Part shown: in pieces, positions 19,717-27,311 of the stretch
Layout: each line of letters opens with the position of its first letter
Numbering within the stretch: position 1 is the first letter of the stretch
Source: a virus
Lineage: Duplodnaviria; Caudoviricetes
Strand: one strand, 5' to 3'
Length of the DNA stretch: 51,123 nt
Virus record (IMG/VR): IMGVR_UViG_3300023218_000251
Location: 1 to 51,123 of that record
Program-made: the position numbers and the translations under genes
Notes under the pieces: model-generated
Databases searched by the model: none
Seen by the model: the letters and a program-made list of their open reading frames with translations, nothing else
Told to the model about the DNA's origin: nothing

Positions 19717-20230
19717 CGAACGGAAGCTCCAGGGCCGTCTCGGCTCCCTTCTGCGCGTTCAGCCAGAAGTCCTTGGCCGCAAAGCGCTGCGCCTGCCAGT
19801 GAACCGACTCGCGGTACTCGCGGAAGGCTTGCGCCCGGGCCTGGATGAGGCGCGCGTCCTCGTTGATCTGCCGCTTCTGGGCCTTGAGGTCGCCCTTCGG
19901 CACGCGCCGCGTCTTGCCCTTGGCCAGCGCCATGAGCGCGCGGCCCTCTTCGTGCACGCTGTCGATCCGCGCGTGCTGCTGCTGGACCCGCGCCTCGGCC
20001 AGCTCGTCGGCAAACCCCTCGAAGTCCTTGACCGCCCACCAGCGGATCTCGGCGTCGGTCAGCTTGCGTTCGGGCGTCGAGGCGCGGCGGGCCGCTCCGA
20101 CCAGCGTCAACCCCCGGGCGATCAGGAGCAGCACCCGGTTGGCAAGGACCGGATCCCACTTCCACTTGCGGTTGCGGCGAGTCGCTCCCGGGGCTTCCTT
20201 CGGAGCGCTCCCCACGCGCACTTCGTCCAC
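19598..20230 (-). CDS. terS: Terminase small subunit
   Basis: Directly upstream of terL; 'VLLLIARGLTL...IRWW...FADELAEAR' HTH-like region. Start uncertain (GTG 20230 or ATG 20272). Confidence 0.75.
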   Translation of the reverse strand: MDEVRVGSAPKEAPGATRRNRKWKWDPVLANRVLLLIARGLTLVGAARRASTPERKLTDAEIRWWAVKDFEGFADELAEARVQQQHARIDSVHEEGRALMALAKGKTRRVPKGDLKAQKRQINEDARLIQARAQAFREYRESVHWQAQRFAAKDFWLNAQKGAETALELPFDVDAELIERLDRVLESLAGRAGDAPPAQETRGAPKPPVH

Positions 20231-20237
20231 GGTATGC

Positions 20238-20313
20238 CGAATACGCCGCGGCCCAGCCCACGTCAAGGGCATGGTGGGGCGTCTGTGGGCGTGGCGGGGC
20301 GTCGTGGGGCAAC
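20238..20313 (-). promoter_or_regulatory. Putative late promoter (TTGACG-17-TATTCG) with five 10-bp-phased GCCC repeats upstream
   Basis: Plus-strand GGGC at 20267, 20277, 20287, 20297 and 20307; -35 at 20266-20261. Confidence 0.6.
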
Positions 20314-20314
20314 A

Positions 20315-20596
20315 TTACGCGTCGGAGTCGACGTTGAACTGGGCCCGCCACCACCGCACCAGGTCGGTGAGCGGAATACGCCAGCGGTGGCCGGATCCGT
20401 TGTTGCCGATCTTCGCCGCCCGGATCTGGCCGCAGGACACCTCTTCGTACAGACGGTCCATGTGGATCGGCAGGACCTGGGACGCGCTCCGCGGGCTGAC
20501 GTATTGCGGGAGCGCCCCGGCCGCCACCCGCGTTTCGATCTGGTCCAGCGACAGCTTTTCGATCTCCACCCACGCCGCGCGATCGAGGCGGGTCAC
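20315..20596 (-). CDS. HTH_17 (excisionase/BldC-like) DNA-binding protein, candidate late activator
   Basis: 'YVSPRSASQVLPIHMDRLYEEVSCGQIRAAKIG...WRIPLTDLVRW'; GTGA-coupled start. Confidence 0.8.
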   Translation of the reverse strand: MTRLDRAAWVEIEKLSLDQIETRVAAGALPQYVSPRSASQVLPIHMDRLYEEVSCGQIRAAKIGNNGSGHRWRIPLTDLVRWWRAQFNVDSDA

Positions 20597-21327
20597 GCCA
20601 CGGCCTCCACGAGCATCCCCCGCTCCTCCAGGATCTCGGTCAACGCCCGGAGCCCCAGCCGCCGGTAGCCGGCCAGGGCGCGGACGCTCCAGGAGCCGTG
20701 GGGGGCCAAGCGCTGCGCCACCTGCACCTGGCTCCGGTCGTCGCCCGTCCCCAGCCAGGTCTCCACCGCCCCCCGCCAGTCCCGCGGCTCGAGCGCGTCG
20801 AGCCACGAGCGGAGCCCCGGGCTCCACTGCGACCGCGGATGGCGGCGAATCCCCAGGTTCCGCACGAGGGCATCGAGCTCCAGCACGTGGCGGGGCTCGG
20901 CGCCCAACGGCCGCAGGCAGCCGCGCGGCCGGCAGCCCTCGAGCTGGGCGACGGCCGTCTCGAGATCCGCCCACAGGTCCCAGGCCGAGGGACTCCCGCG
21001 GCGCGGCCGATCGCCGCGCGCCACCCGCCAGTCGCGGCCCCAGCCGCCCGCCGTCCTCGCGTCGGGTCCCGCACGCACCCGGTGGCCCCGGGCGAGCGTG
21101 CCGAGCGGCAAGGCCTCTTCCACCATCGGCCAGACCCGCTCGCAGCGGTCGCAGACGAGGACCGACGCCCCGGGCCGGCGGCCATCGCGCGAACGGGCCG
21201 GCTGCTGCCAGCGAGCCCGGCGGTGGGTGGGGCTTGCCGAGCAGTGGGCGGCCCGACGCTTGCCGCGGACGGCAAGGTCGACACTCCGACCTTCGCGCAG
21301 GCTGCGGAGCTCGACCAGCGTGTCCAT
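20593..21327 (-). CDS. Hypothetical protein (CxxC motif)
   Basis: MDTLVELRSL... 244 aa, coupled to the HTH gene. Confidence 0.6.
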   Translation of the reverse strand: MDTLVELRSLREGRSVDLAVRGKRRAAHCSASPTHRRARWQQPARSRDGRRPGASVLVCDRCERVWPMVEEALPLGTLARGHRVRAGPDARTAGGWGRDWRVARGDRPRRGSPSAWDLWADLETAVAQLEGCRPRGCLRPLGAEPRHVLELDALVRNLGIRRHPRSQWSPGLRSWLDALEPRDWRGAVETWLGTGDDRSQVQVAQRLAPHGSWSVRALAGYRRLGLRALTEILEERGMLVEAVA

Positions 21328-21353
21328 CGCGTGCTCGGCGGAGCGCAGCACCG

Positions 21354-21629
21354 CTACCCGTCCCTTCGGCGGACGGCTCGCGAGCGAAACCGCCGGTGGG
21401 CCGCTTGCTCCTCCGACAGGACACGAGCGGCGCGAGCCATGCGAAAATGGCCCGAAGAGGTCTGCCGGCGAGCTGCCAGATCCTCGCCTTGCGCCCGAGC
21501 CCCCGTAAAGCCCAGGACGTAGCCGGCGAAGAACACAAGGAGCCCCGCGAGGCCCAGCCACCAGACCGCCCCGACCAACGCTGCTAGCTGGAGGACACCC
21601 AACGCCCACGGGCTCGTCGACTCTCTCAA
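21354..21629 (-). CDS. Small membrane protein
   Basis: GGAGGGAG SD, TTG start, long hydrophobic N-terminal segment. Confidence 0.6.
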   Translation of the reverse strand: MRESTSPWALGVLQLAALVGAVWWLGLAGLLVFFAGYVLGFTGARAQGEDLAARRQTSSGHFRMARAARVLSEEQAAHRRFRSRAVRRRDG

Positions 21630-21656
21630 GAGACTCCCTCCGAGGGGGACGGAACG

Positions 21657-21686
21657 AATTTACCCAAAAACGGCAATTTTTGTCAA
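21657..21686 (-). promoter_or_regulatory. Sigma70-type promoter TTGACA-18-TAAATT
   Basis: Consensus -35 in an AT-rich island upstream of the 21629 gene. Confidence 0.7.
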
Positions 21687-21816
21687 CCTCCCGGCAAAAC
21701 GTCGCCTGCGAGCGGCTTGCTCGTCGGCCCCTGGCATGGTGTTCGGATCGGCACGGAGACAGCCGCCCCTCTCGTGGGGCGTCGGGACAGGCCACCTGCC
21801 GCCCGTGTGCGATGCC

Positions 21817-21846
21817 TTGTCCACTCGCAGCGCGAGGTGCTATAGA
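21817..21846 (+). promoter_or_regulatory. Putative promoter TTGTCC-18-TATAGA with extended -10 TG
   Basis: Motif match; points into an ORF-poor structured region. Confidence 0.4.
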
Positions 21847-21954
21847 AGGCTCCGTGTCGCCTGAGCGAGTCGAAGCTCTCTCGCGATTCGGCCGCGCTGG
21901 CCCGTCCAGCGCCTGCCGGGCCGCAGGGGTCCAAGGAGCCGAGCATGGGGCGCC

Positions 21955-22352
21955 GGCACATCTGCCCGCCCACCCCTCCAACCCCTCCGGTGCGCTGCAG
22001 AGCAATCTGCAGCCCGAGGCCGCTACCACGGCAAGCCGGCAATTCGGAGACGATCTGCGCCCAGGGTCCGCTCGGCATACAGACGGCGTAGCGTAGTCCC
22101 CGACTGGCAGGCGACCCCATATAGCGAGAGCCGTAAGACCGCGATCTACACGGACGTGAGGGGGGTGTTGCATCCAGCAGCTCATTGTCGGAGCGCAACG
22201 GGTTCTCTGCGGTCCGGATACCCACCCAGCCCGGCCTGGTGCCAACGACGTCGCCACTCGACACGTCGGGGCAGGCTTGCCCGGCGTGAACCGGCACGAA
22301 GGCGGAGGCGGCCTGTAGGGTTGGTGGGTGTGGAGTGAGAGCAGGTCGCCGC
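21955..22352 (+). ncRNA. Candidate large structured ncRNA
   Basis: No credible CDS. Long-range complementarity of 21955-21984 with 22318-22352, a perfect GCTGCAGA-GCAA-TCTGCAGC hairpin (21994-22013) and further hairpins. Confidence 0.4.
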
Positions 22353-22453
22353 TCGATCGGAGCCGCCTGCGTCCGCCCAGGGGGTCCCCCAGGGACCACG
22401 GGGGGCACCGGGGGGGGATAGCTGTCGCAAATCATGGTTTGCGCAGGCCTCGA

Positions 22454-22520
22454 TGCAGCCTGATGTTGCAGGGGTTTCACCCTGCAGCCGAATGTTGCAG
22501 GTGCAGCCTGAGGCTGCGGG
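22454..22520. repeat. Three 19-bp quasi-palindromic repeats TGCAGCC-NN-AKGYTGCRGG
   Basis: Copies at 22454-22472, 22483-22501 and 22502-22520. Confidence 0.75.
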
Positions 22521-22927
22521 CGCGGGCTGCCCTCGCGGAGAGCACGAGGCGAGAGCCCTCCCAGCCCTCTATTCCCCACCTCCCCTACCGAACGCTTCCC
22601 TCTTTGCCGTTCGGCTCTCTGCCCGACCTTGAGTTCCTTTCCGCGGCCGATCGACGATCCTGAGGCATTCTGGGGGCTTGCCAGGCCTCGGGCTCCCGAC
22701 GGACCTCCTGAGGACCGTGGGTAGTTTCCTTCCACCTGGGGCGGTTTTCCCGCGCCCAAAACTCCAGGATTCTCGGCCAGTTGCAGAGCGTGTGGAGTAC
22801 GCTTCCACTCCTGGGCACTTTCGTTCCACGTGACACGTCCCAACGGCCCTCTCGGCCATCCTCCGGCCTCTACAGGATGGCATGGCGTCTGCATACATAT
22901 GTGGGCATAAACCTAGGAGGCAAGACG

Positions 22928-23194
22928 ATGACGGAAACCGAGACCAAGATCCTTGAGATCCTGAAGGCCGACGAGTCCTTCGCGGTCCGCGAAGACATCA
23001 ACCACTACGGGACCTCGGCGCGCACCGTCGCACAGCGAAGTGGACTGCGCCAAGCCGAGGTCGCTCGGGTGCTGCGGCGTCTAACACGGACCGGTCGGGT
23101 CCACTCGGTGACCCTGGAGTCCGAGAGCAAGGGGCGGAAGGGCGGTCGCATGCGGCGGCGGATTTCCAACTACTCGATTCCTCCGCAGGGCTAG
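22928..23194 (+). CDS. Winged-helix DNA-binding protein
   Basis: AGGAGG SD; 'TETKILEIL...SARTVAQRSGLRQAEVARVLRRLTRTGRV'. Confidence 0.8.
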   Translation: MTETETKILEILKADESFAVREDINHYGTSARTVAQRSGLRQAEVARVLRRLTRTGRVHSVTLESESKGRKGGRMRRRISNYSIPPQG

Positions 23195-23269
23195 CCGAAA
23201 CGTCCACCGGGGCGTCTCCCGGGGTTGCCCTTCCTGGGACGGACGAGGCAGGGCGAGAGGAGACACATC

Positions 23270-23356
23270 ATGGGTTCCATGGTGGCGATCATCGAGGGGC
23301 TGGCTTCCTTGGCGTTCGTGTTCCTCGTGCTCGCCGTCGCACTGACGTTCGCCTAG
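23270..23356 (+). CDS. 28-aa hydrophobic membrane peptide
   Basis: GAGGAG SD; MGSMVAIIEGLASLAFVFLVLAVALTFA; too short for the ORF track. Confidence 0.6.
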   Translation: MGSMVAIIEGLASLAFVFLVLAVALTFA

Positions 23357-23367
23357 GGAGGCACGGC

Positions 23368-23820
23368 ATGGACCGCCGCTACGATCGCTCGCTGTCCGTC
23401 CGCGTCTCCCCCGCCCTCGAGGCCGAGCTCGGCTGCCGGGCCCGCGGCGGCCTGACCCTCCACCAGGTGATGCGCCGCGACCTCGAGCGTTGGTACGCCG
23501 GCCTCGTGCGAGGCGCTCAGGAGCTGGCGGAGCTCGGCTGGGGCGAGGCCGAGGCCGGCGCGCTCTGCCGGGCGGTCCGGGCGGGGGCCGTGCGGGTGGT
23601 GGAGGGGCTGGCTCCGGAGCTCCCGCCGCGCGTGTTGTTGGCCGACCCGGAGGGGCTCGCGGCGGCCTGCGGCGTGTACGAGGTGGATACTGGGCGCCTG
23701 CGCCGGGACCTGGAGTCGGTGTCGGTCACGGCCGAGTGGGCGTTGCTGGACATTCTGGAGCGAGCGGGGGCGAGCCCGCAGGCGGTGCTCCAGTCCATGC
23801 ACCGTACAGCCGATCAGTAG
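23368..23820 (+). CDS. Hypothetical protein (possible ribbon-helix-helix N-terminus)
   Basis: GGAGG SD; 'SLSVRVSPALEAEL...LHQVMRRDLERW'. Confidence 0.7.
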   Translation: MDRRYDRSLSVRVSPALEAELGCRARGGLTLHQVMRRDLERWYAGLVRGAQELAELGWGEAEAGALCRAVRAGAVRVVEGLAPELPPRVLLADPEGLAAACGVYEVDTGRLRRDLESVSVTAEWALLDILERAGASPQAVLQSMHRTADQ

Positions 23821-23857
23821 GCCAGCCCGCGATTCTGGCCACAGGAGGAGACAGACG

Positions 23858-24868
23858 ATGGTATCCGATTCCGACCTGCAGCCCGGAACTGAGATCTACT
23901 ACACAGGCGACATGGCCAACGCCCCGGGCGTCGGACGGGTCGTCGAGATCCTGCCGCCGGAGCGGACCGAGCCGCAGGTGGATCCGGTGGCCCTCTACCT
24001 GGCCCGGCTGGCCCCCCGCAGCCGCCGGACCATGCTCGGTTGCCTCAATCGCCTGGCGTGCATGGGAGGCGAGGAGAGCGCGCTGGCCCTGCCCTGGCAT
24101 CGCCTGCGTCGCCCCCACACGCTGGCCTTGCGCGCCCGACTTGTGGAGCGCTACGCGCCGGCCACCGCCCGCCTCCATCTGGCCGCCCTGCGCGGGGTGC
24201 TGCGCGAGTGCTGGCGGGCCGAGCTCATGGACCGGGAGGACTACGAGCGGGCCGTGGACCTCCCGCCGGTCCGCGGCGAGCGCATGGCCCGGGGCCGGGC
24301 GCTGGAGCCCGACGAGTTGGCGCGGCTCGGCCAGGCCTGCCGGCAGGCGGGGGGGGTGGCGGGAGTTCGCGACCGGGCGTTGTTCCTCGTGCTCGCGGCC
24401 AGCGGGATGCGCCGGGCCGAGGTGGTGGGATTGGACCTGGCGGACCTGGACGCGGAGGCCGGGACGTGCCGGGTTCGGGGCAAGGGCGGCCGGGAGAGGC
24501 GGGCCTACCTGCCGGAGGCGGCCATGCGGGCGCTGGAGGCCTGGTGGGCGGTCCGCGGCCGGGGCGAGGGGCCAGTGTTTGTGGCCCTCGACCGGGGGGG
24601 CCGCGCCACCCGCCGCAGGCTCTCGACGAGCGCGGTCCGCGAGATCGTGGCGCGCCGCGCCCGGCAGGCGGGGCTCGATCCGTTGGCCCCCCACGACCTG
24701 CGCCGGACGTTCGTCACGTCTCTCCTCGAGGCGGGCGCTGACCTCGCGGTGGTCTCGCGGCTCGCCGGCCACGCCCAGCTCCAGACCACCCGCGGCTACG
24801 ACCGACGCGGCGCGCAGGCCGAGGCCCAGGCGGCCGGGGCGCTGGGCTCGCTGCTCGGTCGGATGTAG
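23858..24868 (+). CDS. Tyrosine recombinase (XerC/D-like integrase/resolvase)
   Basis: Catalytic residues present: R (GMRRAE), K (RGKGG), HxxR (HDLRR), H (LAGH), Y (TTRGYD). Confidence 0.95.
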   Translation: MVSDSDLQPGTEIYYTGDMANAPGVGRVVEILPPERTEPQVDPVALYLARLAPRSRRTMLGCLNRLACMGGEESALALPWHRLRRPHTLALRARLVERYAPATARLHLAALRGVLRECWRAELMDREDYERAVDLPPVRGERMARGRALEPDELARLGQACRQAGGVAGVRDRALFLVLAASGMRRAEVVGLDLADLDAEAGTCRVRGKGGRERRAYLPEAAMRALEAWWAVRGRGEGPVFVALDRGGRATRRRLSTSAVREIVARRARQAGLDPLAPHDLRRTFVTSLLEAGADLAVVSRLAGHAQLQTTRGYDRRGAQAEAQAAGALGSLLGRM

Positions 24869-24877
24869 GGAGGTGTC

Positions 24878-25120
24878 ATGGTACGGATCGTCCCGCTGGT
24901 CGTCTTGCTTGTGCTGTCGGGCTGCGCCACCCACGCCTGGATCCACGAGCTGCGCGAGGACCAGGTGCGGGTCCGAGTCCGGGGAAACAATGCAAACGTC
25001 GTGAGGGCCGAGGCCCAGCGGGGCTGTCGGATGCACGGGCGGACGGCCGAGCCCGTGCAGGTGCTGTGCGTGGACTCCTACTGCGTGACGCAAGAGGTGA
25101 TCTTCGCCTGCGTGGAGTAG
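24878..25120 (+). CDS. Small lipoprotein (possible superinfection exclusion)
   Basis: GGAGG SD; signal peptide with lipobox LSG-C; several Cys. Confidence 0.75.
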   Translation: MVRIVPLVVLLVLSGCATHAWIHELREDQVRVRVRGNNANVVRAEAQRGCRMHGRTAEPVQVLCVDSYCVTQEVIFACVE

Positions 25121-25249
25121 GCGGAGGGCCGGGCGGTGGCCCCGAGCCAGGCGGAGACCGACCTGGCCCGGGGCAGGGGAGAGCAGGGGTCGGTGCGCCA
25201 ACACCCCGCTCGGAAAGGCCCCCAGGATCTCTCTCCCGGCCGCTCGGCG

Positions 25250-25471
25250 TCAAGAGGGCCTTGTGGTTTCGCCGGTGCGGCCCGTGGAACGCTGGGCGAT
25301 CAGGGCGTCGACGTCGGCCCGCGGTATCCGCCACCAGCCGCGGCGGCCGCGCCGCCAGGCATTCGGCAGGCGGCCTTGGCGAAGGAATTGGCGGATCCGC
25401 TCCTCAGAGACCCCGAGCTGGCGGGCGACCTGAAAAACCGACATGGGATTCATCCTGGGTTCGTTGCTCAT
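25250..25471 (-). CDS. HTH_17 excisionase-like DNA-binding protein
   Basis: 'MSVFQVARQLGVSEERIRQFLRQGRL...WRIPRADVDAL'. Confidence 0.85.
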   Translation of the reverse strand: MSNEPRMNPMSVFQVARQLGVSEERIRQFLRQGRLPNAWRRGRRGWWRIPRADVDALIAQRSTGRTGETTRPS

Positions 25472-26019
25472 TTGGCTGGCTCTCGCGGAAGCCACTTGAA
25501 CGTGTGCAGAACCCGGTGATCCTCGAGCGCCGTCCTCTGCGTCCGCGCGATGTTCGGCACGCCGAACAGGCCGAACAGCTCTTTGTCATGCGACTCCCAG
25601 GAGGGTCGATCCCATCGTTCATCGGTCGCCACCGTCTCGATCTCGACGCACTTGATCGGCACGGACAGTTTTAGCCGGTAGACGTCCAGCGTCGCGTTCA
25701 ATGTGACCCTCGAATCTCCGCGCACGACGATCTCCGAGCCGTAATTGATGTTGCTCGTTTCCACTTCCACCTCGTCATCGCCAAAGCGACGCCCTTGCGG
25801 ATAGGATTCTCCAGCATCGAGGCTCAGCATGTGGCCCACGGTCCTAGAGACGATCGCGGGCACGGCCTCCAACTCCCAGCACACGATCCGCAGCCATGCG
25901 ACGTGCCGATCCCGTCGAAGCCAGATCACACATTTCGTCACGACGATTTTCTCGGGCCAGGCAGTGCCGTCCAGCAAGAGGTCGATGTCGGCCCCATTGA
26001 GCTTCTTGGGTAGGTCCAT
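25468..26019 (-). CDS. Hypothetical protein
   Basis: GGAGGAAGG SD before MDLPKKLNG; 183 aa; ATGA coupling to the next gene. Confidence 0.75.
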   Translation of the reverse strand: MDLPKKLNGADIDLLLDGTAWPEKIVVTKCVIWLRRDRHVAWLRIVCWELEAVPAIVSRTVGHMLSLDAGESYPQGRRFGDDEVEVETSNINYGSEIVVRGDSRVTLNATLDVYRLKLSVPIKCVEIETVATDERWDRPSWESHDKELFGLFGVPNIARTQRTALEDHRVLHTFKWLPREPAK

Positions 26020-26047
26020 GGTTGTCCTTCCTCCGGGTTGAAGGGAG

Positions 26048-26153
26048 GGCGGCCCCGGCGACGCATGCGGGTTGGGCAACATGCCCGATCTGGTCGCCGG
26101 GGCCGCCGAGGCGGACACCGCCCGCCTGGGTCACACTGCTACATTGGTCCGCC
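26048..26153 (-). ncRNA. Two TIGR-like stem-loop guide units (stem-CCA-N9-TG-N3-CCCA-N9-YG-stem)
   Basis: Unit 1, 26153-26110: GGCGGA CCA atgtagcag TG tga CCCA ggcgggcgg TG TCCGCC. Unit 2, 26107-26048: perfect 14-bp stem enclosing CCA gatcgggca TG ttg CCCA acccgcatg CG. Both cores are exactly 32 nt. Confidence 0.75.
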
Positions 26154-26454
26154 GCCAAGCCTGCCAGAGGTCCTTCAACATTCGCTTCTCGACCTTCCTC
26201 TGCGCCCGCCGGTGGATCTGGCCCTTGGCCATGTAGGCTTCGGGATTCGTCCGCGGGATCTTGCTGCTTGGCCGGATCTCTCGCCCCGCCGCCCGCGCCT
26301 TCTCCTGCTCGTGAGCCTTGAACGCGTCGTACAGGCTGCGGTAGGGCCCCTTCCCCCGCACCGCCGCAGCCTCTCCGATCGTAAACATCACCGTGCGTCG
26401 CGCGGACGAGTAGCCCAGCTCTAACAGCTCGGGCTGGGTGATGCGCTTGCGCAT
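26131..26454 (-). pseudogene. C-terminal fragment of an IS110/Nop-domain (Tas-like) RNA-guided protein
   Basis: 'GYSSARRTVMFTIGE...GPYRSLYD..K...KGQIHRRAQRKVEKRMLKDLWQAW' matches the C-terminus of phage IS110-like/Tas proteins as I recall them. The 5' part is replaced by the CRISPR array. Confidence 0.7.
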
Positions 26455-26461
26455 CGACTCC

Positions 26462-27198
26462 CTTTGCGCCAAGTAGAGGAGATACACCGATGCGATTCAA
26501 GGTTCTGTTGCAAGTACGAAGCCCCTGCACTGGCTTTGCGCCGTACGTGCGCAGCCCCCCTTCCTCGACTCGGCTGTATGTTGCAAGTACGAAGCCCCTG
26601 CACTGGCTTTGCGCCCTTGACGCCGCGCTCGATCGCCTCGTAGGACTCGCGTTGCAAGTACGAAGCCCCTGCACTGGCTTTGCGCCGGTCGCTGCGCGCG
26701 TCGAGGCGGCGCTGGCCGGGGAGTTGCAAGTACGAAGCCCTTGCACTGGCTTTGCGCCGCCGACCGTCTCCCCGAAGAGCGCCCTCCCTACGTCCTGTTG
26801 CAAGTACGAAGCCCCTGCACTGGCTTTGCGCCGGGCGTCTCCCAGCGCACGCTCGAGCGCGCCCGCCGGTTGCAAGTACGAAGCCCCTGCACTGGCTTTG
26901 CGCCGTCTTCAGCCGCGTCTTGTCGCCGGTCGTGCGATGGAGGTTGCAAGTACGAAGCCCCTGCACTGGCTTTGCGCCTCCCCGCCTTCCGCGAACAGCT
27001 CCGCCGGCGCCGGCGCACGTTGCAAGTACGAAGCCCCTGCACTGGCTTTGCGCCCTCTCCGAGCTCGAGGGTTGCCTCGCCCCGCTCGCGTTGCAAGTAC
27101 GAAGCCCCTGCACTGGCTTTGCGCCCCCTCGAGCGGCGCATCCACGAGGCGACTCTCGAGCAGTTGCAAGTACGAAGCCCCTGCACTGGCTTTGCGCC
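26462..27198 (-). CRISPR. CRISPR array: 10 full 36-bp repeats (GGCGCAAAGCCAGTGCAGGGGCTTCGTACTTGCAAC), a 9-bp truncated trailer repeat and 10 spacers of 35-40 bp
   Basis: Repeats start (plus strand) at 26507, 26580, 26651, 26723 (1 SNP), 26797, 26869, 26943, 27019, 27090 and 27163. The remnant ctttgcgcc is at 26462-26470. Orientation inferred from the 3' TTGCAAC end, the cas gene and the degenerate end. Confidence 0.98.
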
Positions 27199-27311
27199 CC
27201 GGGCGGTGTAACTCCCCGGCTCCAGACACGTTTTGAGACCACTCGCGAGTGGTGCCGTCGATCTCCCACGCCGCACCATTCCTTCTCCATCCTGCGCTCG
27301 CACCTTATCGG
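27199..27311 (-). promoter_or_regulatory. CRISPR leader region
   Basis: 113-bp non-coding gap between the effector stop codon and the first repeat. Confidence 0.6.

Noticed and set aside
21683-22894. 403-aa minus-strand ORF, and the 5' extension of 20593-22257
   Set aside because: Low-complexity translation with no recognisable domain; overlaps promoters and RNA-like structure.
26131-26487. Active IS110 insertion sequence
   Set aside because: No N-terminal DEDD/RuvC domain or element ends; the flanking RNA units fit TIGR rather than a bridge RNA.
27126-27162. Additional self-targeting: 12-nt match of this spacer to ~9391-9402, and 10-11-nt matches of other spacers to ~16051 and ~23210
   Set aside because: Short, not in the guide seed, and expected by chance in GC-rich DNA.
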